Virus record (IMG/VR): IMGVR_UViG_3300031463_000426
Span: 1 to 44,971 of that record
Length of the DNA stretch: 44,971 nt
DNA from: a virus
Taxonomy: Duplodnaviria; Caudoviricetes
Strand: one strand, 5' to 3'
Positions 26,432-35,948 of this stretch are shown here, piece after piece. Both the position numbers and the translations under genes were made by a program. The first letter of the stretch is position 1. Each line of letters starts with the position of its first letter. The notes under the pieces are model-generated. The model ran no database searches and was not told where the DNA came from. It was given only the letters and a program-made list of their open reading frames with translations.

Positions 26432-27268
26432 TCATTGGGTTTTCTTCCAGCAACTCTGCAAAATCTCCGCCCCCGCCCGGGCAATTTCCTCATAGATGAG
26501 GCTGCGTACCTGGTCGCTTTCGTCATCCTCCGAGGACAGCGCCAAACTGAGGGTCTTGCTGAGATACAGGACAGACAACAGGTCGTTGTAAGTGACGGAG
26601 TCGACCGTCGGCTCCTCGTCGGCCACCCGGCAAAAGACCGTGAGGTTGTCGCGGGTGGCGAGCAACTGGTAAAAAGCGCCGGACTGTTGGGGCCAATGCT
26701 GAACGCTTGCCGTCTCGCCGTAGGTCCAACCACCCCCATAGTGGCCTTGGCCATATATTGCCTGCCAGTAACTCCAAACCCACTCTATCCCACCCAGAAC
26801 CGGGGCACTCGACGGAATTTCCCCGTCCTGCAAGGGAGCCTGCAGGATGGTGATGACCTTGCGGCCGAAGCCCGACTGGCTGCGCATCAGCTGCAACGGC
26901 CACAGGTCATTCAGGGCCAGGTGGATGACAAACTCAGAAGACTTCGCGCTGCCTGCCTCGTCCTGCCAGTCGTCCTCCGTGTAGTAGAGAGGCGAGTCCG
27001 CCGACAACAGCGGCACTTCGTGGCCCAGCACTGGCATCAGACAACGTTTGTCATAAAACACCGCGGTGGTCAACAGGTGGTTCTGAGGCAGAAAGTAGCG
27101 GGAGGCGTCCTTTTTGCATGGGATGATGAACCAGTCTTCGAGAAACTTGCAGTCCACCGACACTTGGCGGACCGCCTGTTTGAGCAACAGACGGAGGTCG
27201 TCAAGCGACACCAACGGCGTCAGCCGCAGTTGGAGGTGACCGCGTTGCAGCAGAGTGCCGACGTCCAT
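26432..27268 (-). CDS. Head-tail adaptor/ring-like protein (paralogue 3)
   Basis: N-terminal helix pair, Y.LP...L, P.YY, C-terminal helix; same layout as 33291 and 35949. Confidence 0.5.
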   Translation of the reverse strand: MDVGTLLQRGHLQLRLTPLVSLDDLRLLLKQAVRQVSVDCKFLEDWFIIPCKKDASRYFLPQNHLLTTAVFYDKRCLMPVLGHEVPLLSADSPLYYTEDDWQDEAGSAKSSEFVIHLALNDLWPLQLMRSQSGFGRKVITILQAPLQDGEIPSSAPVLGGIEWVWSYWQAIYGQGHYGGGWTYGETASVQHWPQQSGAFYQLLATRDNLTVFCRVADEEPTVDSVTYNDLLSVLYLSKTLSLALSSEDDESDQVRSLIYEEIARAGAEILQSCWKKTQ

Positions 27269-27271
27269 AGG

Positions 27272-29128
27272 TTAACCCTTGGTCCGCATCACATGGAGAG
27301 CCAGTTCTTTCTCCCGCTTCTCATTCCGGATTTGGTCGCATTCCTCTTTGGTGTAGTCGTCGTCCCACAGGAACTGGTAGCAGTTGTCCCGCAGCCACCC
27401 GTAGATCCGTTTGATGGGAATGAAGTAACCCATGTGGGTGATGGCATCGGCGCTGTAACCGATGAAGGCTACGGTTATCCGCGACGGGATGCCGAGATAA
27501 CGCCACTTGTCGTCGTGTTTTATGAAGACGCCGCCCCCAGAGTTGTGAACCAAGACTCCATCTGCAAAGAAGGAGTGGCAAGGACTCAGCTTGAGGTCGT
27601 AAGTCTCGGCCTCACCAATGACCCTCACGTCGTTTACCTTAACGTATTGGAGGTCATCCGGGAGGAGCTGTTTGTCTCCCTCAAAGTGAGAGTTGGGGTT
27701 CTTGCTGTAGAAGCGATAGACCTGGAAGACCCATGTCTCACCTTCACCGGAGTTTCCGTTGGGAAAAGTAGTGGCCCTTTGGCGATGGTAAATGTTAGAC
27801 ACCTGCAATCCCAAATGAATCGCCATCATCCGCAACTGTTTTATCAACTTCTCATTGGCTGCCTCGAAGACCCAAGCATTGTGTTTGTTGACATATCCGT
27901 CTGCCTCAGCGTAACCCTGAAGGAAGGCCATTTGATACGGGGCAATTTGAGTCATAACCCAATCGGGAATAGTCTTAGTTTTCGACGAGCCGTCAAATCC
28001 CCAAGCAGACAGTTTGTCCACCAAACCGGTAGAAGAAACCCTCAATTGCTCATATCTCCCAATTACAGTTACTCTCACGTCAAAAAGGTCTCTGAGAACT
28101 TTTTCGTAGAACTTGCCCAACTCTTCGTCGTAAGGATAGAGGTTCAATTCCCCACCTTCACTTGGCCGCTTGCGCTTATACCCATCCCCCACAAAGAACC
28201 CCAAGAGCCGCATCAACATTTCGGGATTCTTGTCCTGGCCGATTTCTTTGGCGAAATTGAATCCCCTTCCCAACTCTCTGGTTACGTGAGAAGACATAAC
28301 GGCAATTATGTCACCAGGCTGTAGGCTATCGACCCGTTGCCAAACCGGGATGTTTCGCATCCTTCCCGTCCAGTCTTTGACAGGCAGGACTTGCACCACT
28401 GGGTGGTTTCCGGAGGCCCTCAGAGTCCGATTGCGGGTCTTCACCTCGTAAATCCTTTTCACTCCAGAGTGAATGAGTTCGTCCACCCCCGTCTGTTTGT
28501 TGAGTCCGGAGGGGCCATAAGCGAGAACCAACTCCCCGACCTGTAGGTCTTTGATTTCCTTGACGGTTCCGTCTGCCATAGAAACCAAAGTGTCACCCGG
28601 CAAACAGTTGCCAAAAATACTCGGGGCACTGGACAGCCAATACTCGTAGTTGTCAATCTCGATTTGGATTCCGTTCAGCAGCCCGGTGGTGACAATCGGC
28701 TTCTCGCCCATAGCGGCCCCGGCACAGGCCAGCTCACTGAGCAGCGGCACAGAGGAAGCTAACTCTTCTGGATAGAGTTCCGCGCCGGAGTAGGGGGTAC
28801 CGCTTCGCAGTTGCAACAAAGCGAGGTCCTGTTGTTTGTTGCCCAGGATGATGTCGCCGACATCGGTGAAGATGCCTTTGACCTCCCCGTGTTCCCCCAA
28901 GCGATAGGTGTCCACCTCCACCTGGCTGGTGAACTCCTTTTTGATCTCCCGCTTCAGCAGTTCGTCCCACACGTCCTTGTAGGTGATGTTGCCCTCAACG
29001 ACGTGGTAGTTGGTCAGCAGGAAGGTGCCGACCTCGTCCCTGGAGTAGATGATGGTTCCCGAGCCCCGGGCCTTGTCCGCCCGGATGCGGGCCACCGGTG
29101 CCAACACTTCTTTTATCAGATTTGCCAT
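27272..29128 (-). CDS. Trypsin-like serine protease interrupted by an intein
   Basis: GSGTI, LTNYHVV (His), DLALL (Asp), FGN|SGGG (Ser) split by the intein. Confidence 0.92.
   Translation of the reverse strand: MANLIKEVLAPVARIRADKARGSGTIIYSRDEVGTFLLTNYHVVEGNITYKDVWDELLKREIKKEFTSQVEVDTYRLGEHGEVKGIFTDVGDIILGNKQQDLALLQLRSGTPYSGAELYPEELASSVPLLSELACAGAAMGEKPIVTTGLLNGIQIEIDNYEYWLSSAPSIFGNCLPGDTLVSMADGTVKEIKDLQVGELVLAYGPSGLNKQTGVDELIHSGVKRIYEVKTRNRTLRASGNHPVVQVLPVKDWTGRMRNIPVWQRVDSLQPGDIIAVMSSHVTRELGRGFNFAKEIGQDKNPEMLMRLLGFFVGDGYKRKRPSEGGELNLYPYDEELGKFYEKVLRDLFDVRVTVIGRYEQLRVSSTGLVDKLSAWGFDGSSKTKTIPDWVMTQIAPYQMAFLQGYAEADGYVNKHNAWVFEAANEKLIKQLRMMAIHLGLQVSNIYHRQRATTFPNGNSGEGETWVFQVYRFYSKNPNSHFEGDKQLLPDDLQYVKVNDVRVIGEAETYDLKLSPCHSFFADGVLVHNSGGGVFIKHDDKWRYLGIPSRITVAFIGYSADAITHMGYFIPIKRIYGWLRDNCYQFLWDDDYTKEECDQIRNEKREKELALHVMRTKG
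27542..28606 (-). mobile_element. Intein with LAGLIDADG homing endonuclease (355 aa)
   Basis: Block A CLPGDTLV, block B ASGNHP, LAGLIDADG blocks LLGFFVGDG and FLQGYAEADG, block F TYDL, block G FFADGVLVHN followed by Ser. Confidence 0.95.
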
Positions 29129-29130
29129 GG

Positions 29131-29334
29131 TCAATCGTCCTTCGCGATTACGTCAATCCGGCTGGAGATGGTGTTGCCAGTTATGACAATTACCGGCACC
29201 ATCACGCAGCGTTCTTCCTCCAACACCTGTTGAACCCGCTGGATCGCCCGCGTCTCCCGGGCCTGGCGGTCAACGGCCAAAAGGGTTTTTATCTCTTCTG
29301 GAGTGAGGTTGGGTTTTTCCGGAGATTCGGACAT
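29131..29334 (-). CDS. Small hypothetical protein
   Basis: 67 aa, RBS AGGGAG, packed in the operon. Confidence 0.65.
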   Translation of the reverse strand: MSESPEKPNLTPEEIKTLLAVDRQARETRAIQRVQQVLEEERCVMVPVIVITGNTISSRIDVIAKDD

Positions 29335-29351
29335 CGACTAGCTCCCTTTCC

Positions 29352-29729
29352 TCATGAGACTATTGGAAATTTCCTTCTTCCTATTTGACTCTGCAACTGT
29401 CGCTCCGGAGGCGGCACCGGAAACACCCGCCTAGGAGGGAGAGTCTCCGAATAGACCGCAATTACCCCCGCCGCATTGGCCTGCACTCCTGAGGAAGGCG
29501 TCTCGTAGTAGACTGCAACTACCCCCGCCGCATTGGTTTGTACCCCAGGGTTTTCCTCATAGAGAACCACCGCGCCGGTGGCGTCGGTCCGCACGTACCC
29601 CGATGTGTCGTACAATACCACTACTCCAGTGGCGCTCACCCACACACTGGGTGCTTCTTCGTAGACGACCACCGGGCCCGCCGCGTTTACCCGGACATAG
29701 GCAGCACCAGCTCTTGGTTCAACCGCCAC
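29352..29729 (-). CDS. Small beta-repeat protein (five ~17-aa V...A[AT]G.VV.Y repeats)
   Basis: Repeats visible in translation; GTG start after GGAG. Confidence 0.7.
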   Translation of the reverse strand: MAVEPRAGAAYVRVNAAGPVVVYEEAPSVWVSATGVVVLYDTSGYVRTDATGAVVLYEENPGVQTNAAGVVAVYYETPSSGVQANAAGVIAVYSETLPPRRVFPVPPPERQLQSQIGRRKFPIVS

Positions 29730-29732
29730 GGT

Positions 29733-30743
29733 TTAAGCTCCAGATTGCAAGGCCAACTGAGCGGCATTCACCACCGATACGGTAAAACTGCCGCCCGCGG
29801 GATTGTCGTTCCAAATGTGTTGTACGAACGTTTGACTTGTGCCTAAGGTTTTGTTCGGCGAATAGTAATTTGTCCCTCCAATCTTGAGACCCAACGCCAG
29901 CGTAGTGGGTGAGGAGGTACTCTTTTTCAAGGCCCAAGCTTGAGCCACCACCGCTCTCACCGTAGCCGCCGCTGCGGGCAAGTCAGCAAAATTCAGCTCA
30001 TCCACTAAACCCGTTGAGCCGGCTTGCAGGTAATCCGTTCCGGAAGGCGGTGCGTCGTCCACCGTGGTGTAGTGGGTACCCGAAGGAGTGGGCGTCCATT
30101 GGAGCGTAGAGCCATCACCATTGGGAAGCAAAAGGATGCATTTGACCCCTCCGGGCCACGAGTTGTTGGAAGTCCCCGAGGTGTCGTGTATCACTATGTC
30201 GTCGTAATAAAGGGAGCCATTTGCGGCACTACCAAACATCAAGGTATCAACACTGGTGTCTGTTCCCGGTTGGGTGTCTCCTGAATAGGTGGCCACCTGT
30301 ATCGTGTCCTGGCGCAGCGTGATGACCCCGTCGGTATCGGCAATCTTGACATAGACCTCGACCACCACCCATTGGCCAGCTGGAATTGAGGCGGAGGATT
30401 CAGCAACTTTAGTAGTGAAGTTTCCTAGCCAAATCTCCAACTTATTTGCGGTATTCAGCTTCAAGCCTCCTAGGACGGTAGTTCCCTTTTTCCAGGCTAA
30501 CATTGACCGAGCATAACTTTGGGTTCCGGCCACCGAATAAAGACCAAATTGCAAATAAAGTTCCGACAAGGCAGTATCAAGAGGGACAGTAAAGTTATTG
30601 AAAAAGTCATCACCATAAGCTACCATCATACTGGCAGTACCACTTCGCACGACGCTGGTATCGAAGACACAAGTGTTTGTTACCGCAAACCCCCCTTCTC
30701 CAACCGCTTGCCAATCGAAAGTTATCACTTTTGCCAAAGCCAC
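29733..30743 (-). CDS. Tail-associated protein with ConA/LamG-like beta-sandwich
   Basis: RSG..S, GQWVVVEV.VK....G...L..D, YYDDI.I.D, P.GDG...QW. Confidence 0.65.
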   Translation of the reverse strand: MALAKVITFDWQAVGEGGFAVTNTCVFDTSVVRSGTASMMVAYGDDFFNNFTVPLDTALSELYLQFGLYSVAGTQSYARSMLAWKKGTTVLGGLKLNTANKLEIWLGNFTTKVAESSASIPAGQWVVVEVYVKIADTDGVITLRQDTIQVATYSGDTQPGTDTSVDTLMFGSAANGSLYYDDIVIHDTSGTSNNSWPGGVKCILLLPNGDGSTLQWTPTPSGTHYTTVDDAPPSGTDYLQAGSTGLVDELNFADLPAAAATVRAVVAQAWALKKSTSSPTTLALGLKIGGTNYYSPNKTLGTSQTFVQHIWNDNPAGGSFTVSVVNAAQLALQSGA

Positions 30744-30754
30744 CGTAAACCTCC

Positions 30755-33289
30755 CTAAGCAAACATCTCCGCCTTCAGGGTTATCTTGTAAGTTCCCTGT
30801 CGGCTGGAGTCATGGTTATAAATCTTCAGATGAAGCTCCTGGGTATTGTCCGCGTCCTCAACCCAAAAAGGAAGCCAGTCTTCGTAGGACGTGGTAGGGA
30901 TGATTCCCTGTGCCCTGTAGAGCAAAGTAGTGAAAGTGTCCTCTTCGTAAATTTCAACGTCATAAGTTCCGGTGACCAAGCCGCCGGTTTCCTCCACCTT
31001 GAGGTAGTGGCCCAAGCCCCGGTTAAGGAAGCCGGTCAAGTTGAACTGCTGGCTGCTATTAGCCGCCACGTTCAGGCCCGTTTGAATGAGAATCTTCGCC
31101 TGAGTCCCACCCCCGCTGGTAAAAGGGACACCGTTGAGGTAATAGCCAGTGGTGTTTATGGTCCCATTGACGTTGAGCTTGTAGGTTGAGACATCAGTTG
31201 TCCCAATGCCCACGTTGGTGCCATTGTCATAGACCACGCCAGTCGAAAGAGAGTTGGTTCCCGTCCACCGGGTCAAGTAGTTAGAAGTTCCGGTTCCTAA
31301 CGCCACGGTGCCACTAGTGGGAATGGTGAGAGTACAGGCCGCCGAAGTCGAGAAGGTAAGGTTGTTGGCCCCAAAGTTGATGGTTTTTCCGTCGCTTCCC
31401 GTGAAGGTGAGAGAGTTGTTAACAGTGAGAGTTTTCGAGTTGAGCGTGAGAGTCCCGGACCCGGAAGTGATGATGTTTCCGTTAAAACTAGTGGCAGTAA
31501 GAGCCCCAGCGTTCACTGTGCCGTCGACATTGAGCCGGTAAGTCGAGACGTCGGTGGTGCCGATTCCAACATTGGTTCCATTGAAGTAGAGGTTGTTAGA
31601 CCCAGAGAGCACCCCCTGGCCAGTGAAATAGGCCACCTGGTTGGCCGCCCCCACCCCGCCGGCAATGTAGTCAGTGGCAGGGGTCGCCAACGTCAGGGTT
31701 CCAGTCCCAGAGCCAGCTTTGACCAACCCTCCACTGGAAAGCCCCGAGAAGGTAATCGTCCCGGAAGAAGTCAGTCCCGTGAGGCTTCCAAGGGTTCCAG
31801 CGATGGTCGAGTTCCCGGTAACGGTTATCCCTCCAGCCGCGACCGTCAACGCCCCTTCGAATTTTCCGGTGCCCGCTACCTGGAGTTTGGCGTCGCTGGG
31901 AGTGGTAGTTCCTATTCCCACATTCGTATTGTTGTTGAAGAGATTGGAGGAAGCGGTCCACGCCGAACCGTTCCAATAAAGCGTTTGACCCGTGAGGGTT
32001 CCAGGGTTGGGGCCACCACCGGAGAAAGGAGCACCGTTGAGATAGTAGCTGGTAGCATTTATCGCTCCATTGATGTTGAGCTTGTAGGTTGAGACGTCGG
32101 TCGTCCCGATACCAACGTTGGTGCCGTTATCGTAAACCACGCCAGTCGAAAGGGAATTGGCTCCTGTCCACCGAGCCAGATAGTTTGAAGCCCCAGTCCC
32201 TAACGCTACGGTGCCACTGGCAGGAATGGTAAGGGTGCAAGCCGCCGAGGTCGAAAAAGTAAGATCGTTGGAGCCAAAGTTGATGGTTTTTCCATCACTC
32301 CCTGAGAAGGTGAGAGAGTTGTTGATAGTGAGAGTCTTCGAGTTAAGAGTAAGTGTTCCAGACCCGGAGGTGATAATGTTTCCGTTGAAACTGGTAGCGG
32401 TGAGGGCGCCAGTGTTCACCGTTCCATTGACATTGAGTTTGTAACTTCCGACATTAGTAGTGCCGATTCCGACATTGGTCCCGTTGTCATAGACTACTCC
32501 CGTGGAGAGGGTGTTAGTTCCGGTCCACCGGGCAAGGTAGTTAGTGGCCCCAGTCCCTAACGCTACAGTGCCGCTTCCCGGGATGGTGAGGGTGCAGTCT
32601 CCCGTCGTCGAAAAGGTGAGGTTGTTGGCGCCGAAATTCACCGTTTTGCCATCAGCCCCCGCCAAGGTCAGGGAATTGGAAAGCGTAAAGGTCTTGGTGT
32701 TGAGGGTGAGGGTGCCGGTTCCCGGAGTGATGGTAATGCCGTTGTAAGTCCCCGCGGTAATGTCGCCGGCCGTCGAGACCTGAAACTCCGTACCATTTGC
32801 CCCGGCGCGGATCCCTCCTCGAACCTCCAGTTTGGCTGCCGGATTGGCGGTGCCGATGCCGACGCTGTCCGTGCTGGTGGTCAGGCGCACCACGGTTCCG
32901 TCGTCAGTCCAGCCGCATTCACTTCCGGCACCAGGCGGTTGCCACGTCCCCACGCCACTGGCGTCCGAAGTCAGAACGTAGCCCGATGTCGGAGAAGTGG
33001 TCAGCTTGAAGCCGGTCATCTGGACCGTGCCGGAGACTTCAAGCTTGGTGGTGATGCTGACGTTGCCCGCATTGTCCGTGACCAGGGCCGTCGAGCTTCC
33101 ATCCGCCGACCACAGCTTGTAGTGTTTGTGGCCCGGCTCAAGGCTGGAAGGATGCTTAATCAGGTAGTCGAGAGAGGTAGGAACGGTGGAACCGTCCACC
33201 CCCACTTTGGCCTCCAAGTTGTTCAGATGCGCCGCCAGGATGGGCGTCTGCTTATCCACGGCATTGGTCAAAGTCTGGGGAAACGCCAT
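30755..33289 (-). CDS. Long tail fibre with internal repeats
   Basis: N-terminal AAHLNNLEAKVG anchor, GYVLTSDASG..TW, multiple NVGIGT repeats. Confidence 0.8.
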   Translation of the reverse strand: MAFPQTLTNAVDKQTPILAAHLNNLEAKVGVDGSTVPTSLDYLIKHPSSLEPGHKHYKLWSADGSSTALVTDNAGNVSITTKLEVSGTVQMTGFKLTTSPTSGYVLTSDASGVGTWQPPGAGSECGWTDDGTVVRLTTSTDSVGIGTANPAAKLEVRGGIRAGANGTEFQVSTAGDITAGTYNGITITPGTGTLTLNTKTFTLSNSLTLAGADGKTVNFGANNLTFSTTGDCTLTIPGSGTVALGTGATNYLARWTGTNTLSTGVVYDNGTNVGIGTTNVGSYKLNVNGTVNTGALTATSFNGNIITSGSGTLTLNSKTLTINNSLTFSGSDGKTINFGSNDLTFSTSAACTLTIPASGTVALGTGASNYLARWTGANSLSTGVVYDNGTNVGIGTTDVSTYKLNINGAINATSYYLNGAPFSGGGPNPGTLTGQTLYWNGSAWTASSNLFNNNTNVGIGTTTPSDAKLQVAGTGKFEGALTVAAGGITVTGNSTIAGTLGSLTGLTSSGTITFSGLSSGGLVKAGSGTGTLTLATPATDYIAGGVGAANQVAYFTGQGVLSGSNNLYFNGTNVGIGTTDVSTYRLNVDGTVNAGALTATSFNGNIITSGSGTLTLNSKTLTVNNSLTFTGSDGKTINFGANNLTFSTSAACTLTIPTSGTVALGTGTSNYLTRWTGTNSLSTGVVYDNGTNVGIGTTDVSTYKLNVNGTINTTGYYLNGVPFTSGGGTQAKILIQTGLNVAANSSQQFNLTGFLNRGLGHYLKVEETGGLVTGTYDVEIYEEDTFTTLLYRAQGIIPTTSYEDWLPFWVEDADNTQELHLKIYNHDSSRQGTYKITLKAEMFA
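31130..32745 (-). repeat. Three copies of a ~115-aa fibre repeat (approx. 32410-32745, 32035-32390, 31130-31490)
   Basis: GTLTLN.KT...NSLT..G.DGKT.NFG.N.LTFST...CTLTIP.SGTVALGTG..NYL.RWTG.N.LSTGVVYDNGTNVGIGTT occurs three times. Confidence 0.9.
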
Positions 33290-33290
33290 C

Positions 33291-33983
33291 CTATTGACCT
33301 CCCTCCGAGGTCGGTTGGAGCTTGCGGAGCTTGCGTTCAAACACAGTCAAATCCCACGGCATCGTCTGGGCATCGCGGTCAGGCGTCCGGCGATAGATGA
33401 ACTCCCGCAGCTTTTGAGTCAATTCGACAAACTGTTTGAAGATGCGCGTCGTTTTCCCGATGACTTCGTTGCCTCGCTCCTTCAGGAGTTCCCAGGCGAA
33501 GGCCCAGTAGGCCAAGGCCACATGATACTCTTCGGGAATGCGGGGGACAGAGGTGTCCGCCGCCAACCGCTGGGGGACTCCCGCATAGGTGAGGGTGAGG
33601 GTCGCCTGTTGCACCAGTTGGGGATAGAGCCACAACTGGGGATGGGTGGTAAGGGCCCCCACCGTGAAATAGTAGGTGGGCGTCCCGGTGGCGGAGGTCA
33701 GAAACCAGTCGCCATAGAGGAGGTTCAGCTCGTCCATCCGGACGGGATAAAGCCGGGTGCCCTCGAGGTAAGCGGCCACCGGGAGGAAAAAGTCTGAGGG
33801 CAACTGGTAAAAGGGACTCTGGGGCAGCAAAGACAGGGTCTTGGTGACCTCGTAGGCTTGGGTCGCCAAACAGGTCATGAGGTAGCCCTCATTGAGGGAG
33901 TCGTTCAACACTGAGGCCTCCCGGCGGATGCCGTCGTCGTCCAACCATCTGGCCACCAGTTGCCGCAACTCAGAGAGGGTCAT
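33291..33983 (-). CDS. Head-tail adaptor (P22 gp4 / T7 gp11-like; paralogue 2)
   Basis: MTLSELR..V...LDD, LNEG, Y.LPSDF, GTP.YY, LWLYP, P.IPEEYH.AL.Y.A. Confidence 0.75.
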   Translation of the reverse strand: MTLSELRQLVARWLDDDGIRREASVLNDSLNEGYLMTCLATQAYEVTKTLSLLPQSPFYQLPSDFFLPVAAYLEGTRLYPVRMDELNLLYGDWFLTSATGTPTYYFTVGALTTHPQLWLYPQLVQQATLTLTYAGVPQRLAADTSVPRIPEEYHVALAYWAFAWELLKERGNEVIGKTTRIFKQFVELTQKLREFIYRRTPDRDAQTMPWDLTVFERKLRKLQPTSEGGQ

Positions 33984-35554
33984 CAGGCTGTCCTCGTCCA
34001 CAACATCGGAGGTGGACCGTTTGGAGTGTATGGTGCCGTGGGAACAGTGTAGGTGTCGCCATACGTGGGAGTACTGTCGATGATGCGGAGTTCGTCGACG
34101 TATACGTTATAACTATCGTTAGTATCCGTGCGAGTAATAATTCGATTACTAGAACCAAAAGCGGCAGACGTGGAAGTCAACGTCTGCACCGTGCCAACCC
34201 TCGCTCCGTTCACCCACATGCTGACATAACGTCCGTTGCTGTCCCACCAATAAGCCATGGCAGTGTGATACCAAGTGTTAGTTGTAATAGCAGTTGATTG
34301 CAACAACTGGGTAGTTCTATCATAAAGAGCTATTTTGCCCCCCGTCACGAGCTGCCAGCTTATGCTCCCGCCCCACAAGTAAGCAGCTACATTAGTATTG
34401 GTAACCCTTATCCACATATCGATTTGAAGTCCAAATTGCAACTCCATCCGTGGAGGAGTGTATGTATTGATATATGGGCCGTTATAAGTGTCAAGAAGCG
34501 AAAAAGAATATCCGCCAAATTTAACCGGAGACGTTACAAAACTTCCTCCACCAATCGACAAGTAATCATAATACCCATTGTAGGCGTGGTGACTGAAGTT
34601 ATTCTCAAAATGAAAAAGACCCAGGTAAAGCGGCTGTACATAATTCCACGTCCCGTAGCGAAGAAGAGTTTGCGGGTCTGCCTGGGCAATATAGCAGCTG
34701 TTGACCGGAAAGTCGTGTGAGCGCGTCGGGCCAACAAGCATGAAACAACCAAGTGCCAAATTGTAGACGACCACAAAAATTTCACCGGCGAAGATGTCGC
34801 CAGTTTCGAGGTCAACCAGATTACCCGCGGGGTCTATCTTTTTGATGGGCACCGACGCCAAGCCACTGACCGAGAGGGAACAGGCGCCGGTGTTGCCCAC
34901 ACTGGTGTAAATGCACCAGCACTGGCCGTCCGTGTAGCTGGAGACCGCCGGCGTGGGGTTGATTACGTACGAATCCGTGCTGCTGGCGTTGGGCCAGTAC
35001 GTGTATGTTTGCTTCTGGACATCGCTTGCCTGCACCAGGTTCTGAGGGCTGACGGTGTTGGCCGACGGGCTGGTCATGATGAACTGAGTACCGTCATAGA
35101 CCACCGTGACCACCTGGCCCGCGAGGATGTCGCCAGACATCAAGTCCGCCAACGAGCCGCTGCGGTAAAGCTTAATCAACTTTGCCCCTAGGTTGTTGAC
35201 GTTCAGAGTAGCGGGGCCGGTGTTGGCATTGATGGCCCGGAAGGTGAACTGCTGACCGGCGACGTATCCGGAGATGGTGGCGTTGAGGGTGATAGAGTAG
35301 GCGTTCGGTGTCCCCGCGTCCTGGCCGTAGTTGATGGTCTGGCCCACCACCAGGTTGAGGGGATAGACGTTCAGCTTGGGAGTGCCGTCCACCAGGTTTT
35401 CCACCACGCCGTTGACGGAGTTGAACGGAACATGGCTGGCGTTGACCGGTGCGATGGTGCGCAAGCTGCCGTCGGGGGCGATATAACTAACCTGACTCCT
35501 GCCGAAGACGATGTCGTCTGCTCCAAGACGGCGCCCCAACATCACAGAAGGCAT
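33983..35554 (-). CDS. Tail fibre / receptor-binding protein with C-terminal LamG-like domain
   Basis: Duplicated AY......Y..G.......NTG..TL.V..LG...I domain, FPV.S.Y....P......GTW motif, then LFHFE...KFGG.S...IDMW...WYH.A...YVDELRI. Confidence 0.8.
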   Translation of the reverse strand: MPSVMLGRRLGADDIVFGRSQVSYIAPDGSLRTIAPVNASHVPFNSVNGVVENLVDGTPKLNVYPLNLVVGQTINYGQDAGTPNAYSITLNATISGYVAGQQFTFRAINANTGPATLNVNNLGAKLIKLYRSGSLADLMSGDILAGQVVTVVYDGTQFIMTSPSANTVSPQNLVQASDVQKQTYTYWPNASSTDSYVINPTPAVSSYTDGQCWCIYTSVGNTGACSLSVSGLASVPIKKIDPAGNLVDLETGDIFAGEIFVVVYNLALGCFMLVGPTRSHDFPVNSCYIAQADPQTLLRYGTWNYVQPLYLGLFHFENNFSHHAYNGYYDYLSIGGGSFVTSPVKFGGYSFSLLDTYNGPYINTYTPPRMELQFGLQIDMWIRVTNTNVAAYLWGGSISWQLVTGGKIALYDRTTQLLQSTAITTNTWYHTAMAYWWDSNGRYVSMWVNGARVGTVQTLTSTSAAFGSSNRIITRTDTNDSYNVYVDELRIIDSTPTYGDTYTVPTAPYTPNGPPPMLWTRTA

Positions 35555-35573
35555 GGTCAGTTACCTCACATTT

Positions 35574-35936
35574 TTAGTACAAAATGGTCATAGTGACGGC
35601 GGCTGAACCCGTGTGGTTGTTGTTCGTTATGTTCACGGTGACGGTGTCGCCGGGATAGAGGAACAAGGGCCGATTTGGAAAGAGGGCGAATTCTGTCTCT
35701 CCACTGGTAGAACCAGTGTAAAGGGTGACCTCGTAATCCGACCCGGCCGCCGGTTTCAACGTCACAGTCAGCGTCTCGTCGAGGTTTGTCACCTTGGCGG
35801 TGATGCGGTCCAGCACCGCCGGAACAGTATAAAGGATGTTGGACAGACTGAGCGGATCGGTGTTCTGGCTGAAGTCCTGCGTGACCGCGTAGCTGTCCAT
35901 CTGCATGCTGCCAAGCCACACATTTCCAATGGTCAC
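35574..35936 (-). CDS. Small beta-rich structural protein
   Basis: GTG after AGGAGGT; 120 aa. Confidence 0.65.
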   Translation of the reverse strand: MTIGNVWLGSMQMDSYAVTQDFSQNTDPLSLSNILYTVPAVLDRITAKVTNLDETLTVTLKPAAGSDYEVTLYTGSTSGETEFALFPNRPLFLYPGDTVTVNITNNNHTGSAAVTMTILY

Positions 35937-35948
35937 CGCGACACCTCC

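Noticed and set aside
26435-28324. 629-aa + strand ORF
   Set aside because: In-register antisense shadow of two real - strand genes that share a frame; explained by avoidance of TTA/CTA/TCA codons; no motifs
30755-35554. Diversity-generating retroelement or shufflon acting on the fibres
   Set aside because: No reverse transcriptase, no adenine-specific TR/VR pair and no invertase; the repeats are in-frame protein repeats
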